NCBI RefSeq assembly: GCF_964194155.1
Contig: NC_135885.1
Coordinates: forward strand, 51,212,001 to 51,276,000
From: Cetorhinus maximus
Lineage: Eukaryota
Length of the DNA: 64,000 bases
Direction: 5' to 3'
The position numbers and the translations under genes were made by a program. The notes under the pieces were generated by a model. It was not told the DNA's origin, did no database searches, and saw only the letters and a program-made list of their open reading frames with translations. How positions within the stretch are numbered: the first letter of the stretch is position 1; each line of letters begins with the position of its first letter. Below are positions 11,996 to 23,749 of the stretch, piece after piece.

Positions 11996-12628
11996 CAAAA
12001 AAAGATAAAAGCAAAATACTGCGGATGCTTGAAATCTGAAAGAAAAACAAAATGCTGGGAAAACTCAACAGATCTGACAGCATCTGTGGAGAGAAAAACT
12101 GTTGACGTTTCGAGTCCGTATGACCCTTCTTCAGAGCTACAGAGAAGTGGAAATGTGGTTAAAGCTATGCTGCTTACCGGTGGAGCAGGTGAAGCTGGAT
12201 AGATGGTCACCTCTCCACCTATCACTGGCCCTCTATCCAGCTCTACCTGTCCCACCCCCCCCCCCCCTTAAACCAGCTTATATTTCACCTCTTTTCTATT
12301 TCTCCTTAGTTCTGTTGAAGAGTCATACAGACTCGAAACGTTAACTGTGTTCCTCTCCGCAGATGCTGCCAGACCTGCTGAGTTTTTCCAGGTATTTTTA
12401 TTTTTGTTTTGAGAGATTGACAAAGATGTCATGAACAAAAGGACAAAGGGCGTGTTAATGGTAGTAGTAAGGTACCTTTTTTAGCCCTTAACACTACCAT
12501 TAACAGTCCCTTTGTCCTTTCTCTGTAGCTTTGAAGAAGGGTCATACGGACTCGAAACGTCAACTCTGTTTTTCTCTCCACAGATGCTGTCAGGCCTGCT
12601 GAGTTTTTCCAGCATTTTCTGATTTTCT
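11996..12628. mobile_element. Penelope-like terminal-repeat insertion of four alternately oriented segments
   Basis: Segments oriented -,+,-,+ of the family ...gactcgaaacgttaactctg...cagatgctg...gagtttttccag; flanked by a 16-bp TSD with 2 mismatches (11980-11995, 12629-12644). Confidence 0.8.
12100..12138 (-). ncRNA. Minimal type-I hammerhead ribozyme motif (intact core)
   Basis: AGCU-CUGAAGA-A-GGGUC-AUACG-GACUC-GAAA-C-GUC-AACA: conserved core, 5-bp stem II, palindromic ACGU stem III, GUC triplet; stem I is weak. Confidence 0.65.
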
Positions 12629-14279
12629 TTCATCTTTGAAGCAAGTGATTTCAAAGCATTGCAACTACACGTGTAGGAAGTGTGCCCTTTGCAGTTGCCG
12701 TATCACCAAACTCAGCCTTGAAGTTATGGCATTCTCACAAGCATTAAGCTTTCTGCTTTTTAGCTTTCAATCTGGTAATAAACTCTGAAAGATGTAAGCA
12801 CTAAGATAAACCTGCTGAGTTTTTCCAGGTATTTTTGTTTTTGTTCTGAAAGATGTATGTCTAAATTAGGGTTAAGTCCTTTTAATGTTAGCAAACTGTA
12901 AATCTGCTGTAACGTGCAATCATATTCTTGCTTAGCACATGGAGCATTTCATTTCTCTCTGATGCACAGAATTCATGTACAGTGCATGGGTAATTGCCTA
13001 TAGCATTTACATTTGGTTGATTGAAGTTCCATGGGGTAGAGTACAGTTAATGATGTATATCATCTTGTTTGAGCACAATGCTTAGTGAAGTGAATTGTGA
13101 TTATTGGCTTAAGCTGTTATATTTGTTCCTTGCCTGTTTCTAATTAAGCTTTAAGTTTTCTGAGGCCAATTATTTTCTTACCTAAAAGATGTGTGTTTAT
13201 TAGCACCTGATTTCATCAGATTCTTTGACTTCTTGAGTTCAGGAAAAGTAAAAGAGGAAAATCAGGAAGCCTACATGGCAGCTAGGAACTCACACTCACA
13301 ATGCTGTCCAAAATATCTTAATGTCCTGAAAATCTGTCTGATGCTTTATTTCAGTACTTTGCTGCTTCCAAAGAAAGATAGCATAACTTCCTTTATGCTC
13401 CTTCACATTTTGCCCTGAATGAGATATACATCATCTATGAAAACAATTCCAAGTTCCACCAGGCTGACGTCGATAAAAAGCATGTCACAGCTTACAGTTT
13501 CTGTGAAAGCTGTACACAATTTGTGACTAATCCAGGGTCCATATTAGAATTTTAGGCTTGTTTGACATACCTGTGGGAAAATATAACCGAACATATAGGT
13601 ATATTTTCCTAATTGTAAGAAAACAGACAAACATAGGTCATCTCAGGAACAATTATTTTAATATTTTCATAAAGTCCAAATCAAAACTGATTTTGATTTT
13701 CTTGTAGATGAGTGAAATATACATGTTTCAGGTGAAACCATAATAAAAAGCGGATGGGTTAGCAGGTAACTGCTCTCGGTTGTTTCATTTTTCTTTAGGG
13801 CGTATAAAGTGTCTCTTTGATACACTTTGCAAGAAGAGGATACAGAAATAATATTGGTATGTATACATTTTAATGCTATAATCATTGAATACAATCACTG
13901 CGTTCACAACAAGGTTACAGCTTAATTTACTGCAGGCCATAGCTCTGCTCCAACTGTGCAGATCCTGGAGCTACTCCACGAATTGAAATCAATGTGCAGC
14001 CAGGCAGACAATGCCCATTTGGCAGTGGGTTAGGAGCAAGTACCATATGCCATCATCCAGAGTAAACTGTAGGCTCTGGACCATGAACTGACTTCAAGAC
14101 TCAAATGGCTTATTTCTCCCAGGTAGATGATTATTTCTCATGCTGGTTCTGAAGGCAGATATAGGTTTGTGCAGAAAGCAAACATTAACACTATAGGATG
14201 CAAGCAACTGAAATCACTACAGCTCAGATATTCAGGGATATCAATTATATTTTGGTAACTTCCAGGCTAGAAAATAAAA

Positions 14280-14752
14280 AGCAATACTCAAGAAGCTTGA
14301 CACTGTCCAGGACAAAGCAGCCCACTTGATTGGCACCACATCCACAAACATTCACTCCCTCCACCACCGATGCACAGTGGTAGCAGTGTGTACCATCTAC
14401 AAGATGCACTGCAGGAATTTATCAAGGCTCCTTCGACAGCACCTTCCAAACCCATGACCACTGCCATCTAGAAGGACAAGGGCAGCAGATAGATGGGAAC
14501 ACCACCACCTGGAAGTTTCCCTCCAAGTCACTCACCATCCTTACTTGGAAATATATAGCTGTTCCTTCACTGTCGCTGGGTCAAAATCCTGGAACTCCCT
14601 TCCTAACAGCACTATGGATGTACCTACACCACATGGACTGCAGCAGTTCAAGAAGACAGCTCACTGCCATCTTCTCTAGGGCAATTAGGGATGGGCAAAA
14701 AATGCTGGCCCAGCCAGTGGAGCCCACATCCCGTGAATGAATTAAAAAAAAA
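14280..14752 (+). mobile_element. Non-LTR retrotransposon 3' end (same family as 49437-51421)
   Basis: Closely matches about 50990-51420, including gggtcaaaatcctggaactc and gggcaattaggg...aaatgctggcc, followed by an A tail. Confidence 0.85.
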
Positions 14753-14819
14753 TAATCGTTATAAAAACACTGGTTCATGAGTATTGTGCCCGATTCTAGG
14801 CCCAGTAAATTAGGAAGGC

Positions 14820-15290
14820 TGTGAAGACATTGGAGAGGATGCAAAAAAGGTTTATGAGAATGGTTCCAAGACTGAGGGACTTCAGCTAGTTGGATAGATT
14901 AGAGAAGCTAGGGCTGTTCTCCTGAGAGAAGAGAAGGTTGAGGGGAAATTTGATTGGAGATGTTCAGAATCATGAGAGATCTGGATAGAGTAGATAGGGA
15001 GAAACTGATCCCATTGGTGGAAGGGTCAAGAACCAGAGGACATTGAGGACCAGAATGACAAAAGAACCAAAGGTGGCATGAGGAAAAACATTAACACAGT
15101 GTATGGTTATTATCTGCAATGTACAACCTGAGTGTGTGGTGGAAGCAGATTCAATCATGGCTTTCAAAGGGGAATTGGATAACTATCTGGGGAAAACAAA
15201 TTGCAGGATTATGGGAAAAGGGGAGTGGGACTAGCTGAGCTTCTCTTTCAAAGAGATGGCAATGACATAAAGGGCCTCTGTTCTGTGATA
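14820..15290 (+). mobile_element. CR1 LINE 3' fragment
   Basis: Degenerate LERMQKRF..., RRLRGxLI and TRGH coding remnants. Confidence 0.75.
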
Positions 15291-15672
15291 CCTGCCCATA
15301 ACAATTAGTCTTCCTAGTTCATCAATTTTATTCCTATTACCCTACAAATGTCAGGCCCAGTCCAGGTGCTCTCTTGGGTTTAGCCTTAGTGATAACTCCT
15401 GTAAGATGACCCGTGTTCTATGATCAGGAATTCACCTCTACTGCCCAACATCTAGTTATATGATAGTTTGACCAGGGGTTGTAAGAATGAACGTTTTGCT
15501 ATATTAATTGATTATTGAAAGTGTACCTCTCCTCAGGTAAAAACGTCTCCGATTGTTGAAATGTGACTGGTTAACACTTTAACAATATAAAGCCAGGTAT
15601 AAATTAAAATGCTTTCTTTTACAGTAAATGAAGAACAGAACAGTTTATAGCAAACTTTACTTTAACCTGGTA

Positions 15673-15745
15673 CCTTCCTTATAATAAGGAACATATTAAA
15701 CTATGCCACCCTCCTTATAATAAGTAACATATTAAACTATGCCAC
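15673..15745. repeat. Tandem duplication of about 36 bp x2
   Basis: tccttataataag(g/t)aacatattaaactatgccac repeated directly. Confidence 0.85.
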
Positions 15746-17623
15746 AATGTCCCAATTAGTGGATTAATTAACTCTTACTTTTATGGTCAACCCATCACTG
15801 ACTCAGCCCAAAACTTGTTCTGGGCCTGGTTGGCTCTCTTAATGTAGACTGGCACAGGCCCTTACTTGTTCCCTCAGCAGAACAAACTGACTTCAAACAT
15901 ATTTCCCCTGTTCTTTTGTTTGTTTCTGGGCAGGAAATTAAGAACTTGACCTCTAACTCCTTGCCTACCCAGGATTTGGCCATAATAGAAGCCAATTGAA
16001 CCGACAATTGACTTCCTGAGGGGAGGCCTCTGGCAACCAGCTCCTGCTGTTTTTGGAATGAACAGACAACTTTTGAAACTATTATTCGGTATGCTCCCAT
16101 CCTCTTGTCAATACAGTGGCTACAATACATACATTGTAAAGTGAGTTGTGCTGCTCACAACACTACTCAGAATAATTAGGCCATATAGTGAGGACTCAAA
16201 GCTGCACTTACCAGTCAGCTAGTGACTATGTTTTTTGCAGGGAAAAATGAGGGACTCTGAGATTGAGTGGCTCCAGGGTGTTACACTCAATGATGGCAAA
16301 TTCAGTCATCCAGTACCTGAAGGAGGTTGGTGGCACCATGGTGACTGATCAGCCAGCTGGAGAGCTGGGATTCTTTTTAAGTAGCTCCAGATAGCCCTAC
16401 AACCAATGCCCTGAGGGATAGGGTTCTAGCTTAACAATTGGCAGGAGGCTCATCAGTGTTCTTCTTTGCTAACTGTGTAACTTCAACTGGTTAAATACCA
16501 TATATGGATTTCTAACTTACTTGGCTTGGAGACTACTCATTACAGTAAAGGGCTTCCACGCTGATCAAAAACAAATGGCCTCAGCATCCCTGTTTAAGGG
16601 GGAGAAATCAACTGGAGTTCCTGGATCTGACTGTTATTCGTGTGACCCCAGCTAGAAATTGTGTGTGTGTACAAGCAGTGGGGGGAAGCAGGTGAGTATA
16701 CGTTCAGATTTTGCTGTGTTGCCCCACTTTATTTAAACACTGATTGATGCTTATAAGTACACACATGGAGAATGCAGATCTTAATATGATATTGGAGGGC
16801 AGTTGAGACTATGTTCCCACATGAGTAGCACTTTGAAGAAAAAAAGAGGTAGAAAATTTATGGGGAAAAGTGATTTTTGTTATCTGCATATATCGATGAG
16901 CGTATAATCCTCATGAATGTTAAAAAGTTTGGTGGCTCACGTAATATAACTAAATGCATGTCCCTTTTTTGCTAAGTTTCTGTGGATTCCATTAATAAGT
17001 ATGGAAATTAAAATGAAAGCTTAAATTATGATTATACTAATATATATATTCTTTATTGCAAAGGAAAAGTTCCCTACATTTGCAGTGACAAAATATAGGC
17101 AATCAGTAATTTGAAACTACAAGATGGCAACTGAATGTAATGAAATGATTTTCATTATTTACAGAGCAGGAAATGCCAAAGTGCTTAACATAAATCTCAA
17201 ATAGATTGAGTTTTGGTTAGGTAAGACTTTATACAACTATCAAAAAGTGACTCTCTGCAATTCGAAGGTTGGAAGCAAGTTGGCTCTCAAAACTGAACTT
17301 CAATCTCTGGCCTGGCAGGCCAAGGCTGCAAATGAATTGATGAAAAATGTAGTGTCTGCCCTTTAAATGGTTCAAAGATTGTTGTGCCTTCAGTGGTTGT
17401 GCCAGCTAATTGCCACCTTATAAATAACAAATGGCTGCATTGACAGTCTGTCTGTAATTTTATTCACTGTACATGTTTTTATGTCAACTGGGATGGGGAC
17501 AATTCTGCATTGTGTATAGTAAGAAGTATATCTGTTACCAAAAAGGCAGAAAGGAGCCTTGTGTTAATTCTTTCCTGACCCTGAGGATCAGACTTTAGAT
17601 AATCTGCATTATATGAGATTTAC

Positions 17624-20600
17624 AGAACACATAGAAAATAGGAGCAGGAGTAGGCCATTCGGCCCATCGAGCCCACTCCGCCATTCAATATGATCATGGC
17701 TGATCCTCTATCTCAATGCCATATTCTTGCTTTCTCTTCATACCCCTTGATGCCCCTAATATCCAAAAGTTTATCAATTTCTTTCTTGAATATACTCAGC
17801 GAACCGGCCTCCACAGCCTTCTGTGGTAGAGAATTCCACAGGTTGACCACCCTCTGAGTGAAGAAAAGTTTCCTCATCTCAGTCCTAAATGGCCTACCCT
17901 GTATCCTGAGACTGTGGCCCCTGGTTCTAGACTCACCAACCAGGGGAAACATCCTCCCTGCATCTAGTCTGTCTAGCCCTGTTAGAATTTTATACATTTC
18001 AATCAAATCCCCTCTCATTCTTCTAAACTCTAGTGAGTACAGGCCCAGTAAAACCTATCTCTCCTCATACGACAGTCCTGCCATCCCCAGTATCAGCCTA
18101 ATGAATCTTCACTGCACTCCCTCTATGGCAAGTATATTGTTTCTTAGGTAGGGAGACCAAAATTGCATGCAATACTCCAGGTGTGGTCTCACTAAGGCCC
18201 TGTATAACTGCAGTAAGACATCCCTAATTCTGAACTCAAATCCTCTTGCAACGAAGGCCAACATAAAATTTGCCTTCCTAATTGCTTGCTGCACCTGCCT
18301 GTTACTTTCATTGACAAAGACACCCAGATCCCCTTGTACATCCACATTTCCCAATATATCACCACTTAAATAATACTCTGCCTTTCTGTTTTTCACACCG
18401 AAGCATATAACTTCACATTTATCCGCGTTATACTGCATCTGCCATGTGTTTGCTCACACACACAACTTGTCTAAATCGCCCTGAAGCCTCCTTGCATCCT
18501 CCTCACAACCCCACCCAGTTTTGTGTCATCAGCAAACTTGGAAATATTGCATTTGGCTCCCTCATCCAAGTCATTTATATATATCGCGAATAGCTGATCC
18601 CTGCGGTACACCACTATTCACAGCCTGCCACCCGGAAAAAGACCCATTTATTCTCACACTGTTTCCGGTCGGTCAACCAATTCTCAATCCGTGCCAGTAT
18701 ATTACCCCCAATCCCATGTGCTTTATTTTTGCCCACTAGCTTCATGTGGAACCTTATCAAAAGCCTTCTTTAACTCCAAATACACCACATCCACTGGTTC
18801 TCCCTTATCTATTCTACTAGTTACATCCTCAAAAAACACCAGTAGTTAAGCATGATTTCCCTTTCTAATCCCGTTAATGCTTTCCAAGTATTCTGTTACC
18901 ACATCTTTTATAATACTCTAGCATTTTCCTCACTACTGATGTTAGGCTAACTGGTCCATTTTTTCTCTCCCTCATTTTATAAATAGTGGGTTTACATTTG
19001 CCACCCTCCAATCTGTAGGAACTGCTCCAGAGTCCATAGAATTTTGGAAGATGACCGCCAATATTTTCACGGCCACTCCCTTTAGTACTCTGGGATGTAG
19101 ATTATCAGGCCCTGGGGATTTTTCAGCCTTTAACCTCCATTAATTTGTCTAGCACCATTTTTTTTTAAACTAATGCTGATTTTCTTCAACTCCTCCCTCT
19201 CACTAGACATTTCTGGGAAATTATTTGTGCCCTCTTTTGTGAAGACAGAACCAAAATATGTGTTCAATTCTTCTGCCATTTCTTTGTTCCCCATTATAAT
19301 TTCCCCTGTTTCTGACTGAAAGGGGCCTACATCTGTCTTCGCTAATCTTTTTCTCTTCACATATTTATAGAAAATTTTAGTCAGTTTTTATGTTTGTTGC
19401 AAGTTTACTCTCATACTCCATTTTCCCCTTCTTGATCAATCTTTTTGCTGAATTCTAAACTGCTCCCAATCCTCAGGCTTGCTGCTTTTTCTGGCAATTT
19501 TATATGTCTCCTCTTTGGATCTAATACTATCCCTAATTTCTTTTGTAATCCATGGTTGAGTCACCTTTCCTGTTTTATTTTTGCGCCAGACAGGAATGAA
19601 TAATTGTTGTAATTCATGCATACATTCCTTAAATATTAGCTATTGCCTATCCACTGTCAACCGTTTTAGCAAGGTTCCCCAATCCATCATTGCCAACTCG
19701 CGCCTCGTACCCTCGTAGTTCCCTTCGTTTAGATTCAGGACCCTAGTTTCAGACTCAGCCTCTTCACTCTCCATCCTAATGAACAATTCCATCATTTTAT
19801 GATTGCTTTTCCCAAGGGACCCTGCACAACAAGATTTAAGTCACCCATGATTACAGTTGTACCCTTATTGCATGCATCTCTAATTTCCTGCTTAATGCCT
19901 TCCCTTACTGTTTGGGGGCCTATAAATAACCCCCACCAATGTTTTCTGCCCATTGGTGTTTCTTATCTGCACCCAAACAGGTACACATCATGATTTTCCG
20001 AGCCAATATCCTTCCTCAATATTGCATTGATTTCCTCCTTTACTAACAATGCTACCCCACCTCCTTTACCTATTTGTCTAAATGTTGAATACCCCTGGAT
20101 GTTCAGTTCCCATTCTTGGTCACCCTGCAGCCACGTCTCTGTAATTGCAACTATATCATAACCGTTTATATCTATTTGCACTGTTAATTCATCTACCTTA
20201 TTGTGAATGCTCCGCGCATTAAGATACAATGCCTTTAGACTTGTCTTTTTAACCTTGTTAGTCATCTTAGCTTTATTTTGCACTCTGACCCCATTTATTT
20301 TACGCCCTTGTTTTTTCTGCCTTCCACTTCTGCTTCTTACTTTTCTGTCTTTCATTTCTATCGTTGTTTCCCCCCTCCTTTGTCTCCCTGCTCAGGTTCC
20401 TATCCCCCTGCCATTCTAGTTTAAATCCTCTCTAACCGCACTAGCAGGTATCACCCCATCCCCCACCTCGAGGACATTGGTCCTGGTCCTGCCCAGATGC
20501 AACCCGTCCTGTTTGTGCTGTCCCAGCTTCCCCAGAACAGATCCCAATGTCCCAGGAATCGGAATTCCTCGCCCGTACACCATTTCTTCAGCCACATATT

Positions 20601-22220
20601 CATCTGATATATCCTGTTATTTCTACTCTTGCTGGCATGTGGCACTGGTAGTAATGCTGAGATTACTACCTTTGAGGTCCTACTTTTTAAATTTACATCC
20701 TAACTCCCTATATTCAGCTTGTAGGAGCTCATCCCTTTTTTAACCTATGTCGTTGGTACCACGACCACTCGCTGTTCAACCTCCCCCTTCAAAATGCCCT
20801 GCAGCCTCTCAAAGACATCCTCGACCCTGGCACCAGGGAGGTAACATACCATCCTGGAGTCTCTTTTGCGGCCACAGAAACACCAGTCTGTTGCCCTTAC
20901 TATTGAATCCCCTATCACTATAGCCCTTCCACTCTTCTTCCTCCTGTCTTGTGCAGCAAAGCCACCCGTGGTGCCATGGACATGGCTCCTGCTGCTTTCC
21001 CCTGAGAAGTCAGTTCCCCGCAACAGTATCCAAAATTGTACATCTGTTAGAGAGGGAACGGCCACAGGGGACTCCTGTACTACCTGCATTCCTTTACTCT
21101 GCCTGGTGGTCACCCATCCCCTTTCTGCCTGATCAGTCTTTACTTGCGGTGTGACCACCTCACTGAACGTGCTTTCCACAATAATCTCAGCATCACGGAT
21201 GCTTCACAGTGAATCCACCTGCGGCTCCAGCTTGGAAATGCAGTTAGCCAGTAGTTGCGGCTGGACACACTTGCTGCACACACACGGTCACCAGGGACAC
21301 TGGAAGTGTCCATGACTTTCCATATAGTGCAGGAGGAGCACAGGTGCGAGCTCTGCTGCCATGACTTCCCTTTAGATTAAGCTCATTAGTAACTCCCTTT
21401 AAAGAATACTAATTATATTAGGGGCCTGATTCCACTCCAAACACTCGCACTATAGTCCAAAGTACTCACCTTATTTTGTTAAAGCTAATGCACTGCAGCA
21501 GTTTAATTAGTAGGAAAAGTAGAAGTACTCACCTGACCCTACTTACCAATCAACTGCCTCTCCTGCAACGTGTCACTTTGAATCGTGATGTCATTTTGAA
21601 CTCCACCGCCTGAAGGTCCTGAGGATACATCTCTCCTCTTCAGTCTCGGCCACCGTTTATCGTGCCCTTTTATACAACTCTCACTGGCCTCTCCTCTCCA
21701 GTCAGCTGAGTCTCCCCAGGACTCTCACTGTCCTCACACTGCTTACAGCCCCGAGTCTCCCCGGAACTTTCACTTTGTCCTCGCGCCGCTTTCAACCCAG
21801 AGTCCAGCTCCCACTCTTATTAAATCTCCACTATCAGTTCCCGTTCTTTTTAGGTCTCAGTTTCCGCACACATGGTCGCAAGGGACACGAAGTGTCCATG
21901 ACTTCCCACACAGCGCCGGAGGACCATATCACGGGTGCAAGCTCTGTTGCCATGACTTCCCTTTAGGTTAAGCTCGTTAGTTACTCCTTTTAAAGAATAC
22001 TAATTACGCTAGGGGCCTTATTCCACTCCAAACACTCCCACTACAGTCCAAAGTCCTCATCTTATTTTGTTTAAGCTAATGGACTTCAGCAATTTAATTA
22101 GTAGAAAAAATGGTAGAAGTACATACCTGACCCTACTTACCAATCAGCTGCCTCCCCTGCATTGCGTCACTTTTTGAATCATGACATCACTTCAAACTCC
22201 ACTGCCTGAATATCCTGATG
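17624..22220 (-). mobile_element. Near full-length decayed CR1 LINE (5' UTR, ORF1 Zn-finger/SGNH esterase, ORF2 endonuclease and RT)
   Basis: ORF1 start MAAELAP at 21362 and VIGDSIVR...VCYLPGARV; ORF2 LYLNARSI...AITETWL, RPHLEYC, RGDLIE, WNSLP; 3' tail at about 17624-17710. Confidence 0.93.
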
Positions 22221-23149
22221 ACAATCTTTCATATAAATAATAGTAATATTGCCTGTACTACAATTCTTTATTTATTCCATGTGCATGTTTAAGTGGTCAG
22301 AGGTTAGGAAGAGTAGGAAGAAAGAGAAATTGATTAATTCTTATATGCCCTTTATGGTACAGTACTGCCACCAACAGCAGCATAATTCAAATGAATTGGC
22401 ACCAATGCTTCCAAGTAGTGGCACTCCAAAGTCCTTTGCATTAATACTGATACAGTTCCAGTTAAGTAAACTTTAGCATTGCACTTGGTTATAAGGAAAT
22501 ACACATGGAAGTTGTTATGCACAACACCTTTGACTGAATTAAAGCCAGACATCCATCACTTGGCTTTAGATGAAAACTACTGGATGGTGTCAATTTATTC
22601 ACAAATTTTATGACGTGATCTCAGCAAAGCATTAAGATCGCTTACACTGAGAATCGTGAGAGAGAGAGCTAGGACCAGAGGGAATTAATCTGCTCTTTCT
22701 TTCACTGCACTTGCCTCAAGGTATTATTGCTCCTTTTTTTCTCCTGTTTGTCTTGTCTCTTTCTTCAGTTCAAATAGGAATATACCAGACATGGCCACCT
22801 GAAATCTCAGAGGAAAGGAGAACATCTAGAATGTGAGGTGTGCATCAAATACATCTTCAAGGTAACATTGGGGAGAAATTGTAGAAATTTACTGAATGGC
22901 TCTGGATGGGCAGGGTGTGTTTGTATTGTGTCGCATTGAGCATCACAACTGTATAGGACAGGCTAATTGAACCAGTGTGGGTCTTTTCCTATTTTTTTTC
23001 TGTTTGTGTGTTCTCTGGATGTATGGCATGTCCTCGCAGGTAGATGGTGTGCATACCTTACTAGCAACAAGTTTTCAGTAGTTTGGCTTGGAGACTTTTA
23101 AGCATGGTGATGGACTCTATATGCAACAGACACCGGCTGACAAAAGTAA

Positions 23150-23295
23150 GAAAAAAAGCAAAATACTGCAACTACCAGAAATCCGAAATAAGATGTTCTG
23201 ATGAAAGGTCATCAACCAGAAATGTTAACTCTCTTTCTCTGCCCACTGATGCTGCCTGACTTGCGGAGTATTTCCAACATTTTCTGTTTTAATTA
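23150..23295 (+). mobile_element. Short Penelope terminal fragment with inverted 5' piece and degenerate hammerhead
   Basis: aaaagcaaaatactgc...(inverted), then tgtt-ctgatga-a-aggtc-atc-aacca-gaaa-t-gtt-aact...gatgctgcctgac. Confidence 0.7.
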
Positions 23296-23749
23296 CAAAA
23301 ATAAATGTTGGGTTTTCCCCTTGCTCCTGTGATATAACTAACAGACTTGCACAGCTGCAACAGGCTGAAGCATGTTTTGCCCATGGGCTGGAATGGTTCT
23401 TAGCAATTTTCACTTTGATGCACTGAAGAGGCTTACTAATCAAGGGGAAGATTCACAGCCAGAAAATAGGTCACAATTTTGACTTTGAACATGAAACATG
23501 TGATAGCTTGACCTTGAACTAGATCAATCATCTTTTTTCAATGCAATTAATTAGGATTTTTAAAAACTTAATTGTAGAGAATGAACACATTGCTGAGTAA
23601 TGAAATTATTCATGCCCATTAATATAATGATCCCAAACTTTCATGCAGTGAGTTGCACTCCATTGCCACTAATGCAGAATAAGTTGTGCCTGCAGAGGAT
23701 CTTCAGGACTATTTAAGAATGTAGAACATAAGAAAGAAAAGAATGTAGG

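Noticed and set aside
13708-13857. Two adjacent exon-like units on the + strand
   Set aside because: They would need a 33-nt intron; this shows how easily chance splice signals arise here.
15349-16124. Possible solo LTR in reverse orientation
   Set aside because: TG/CA candidates exist, but no matching TSD was found by eye.
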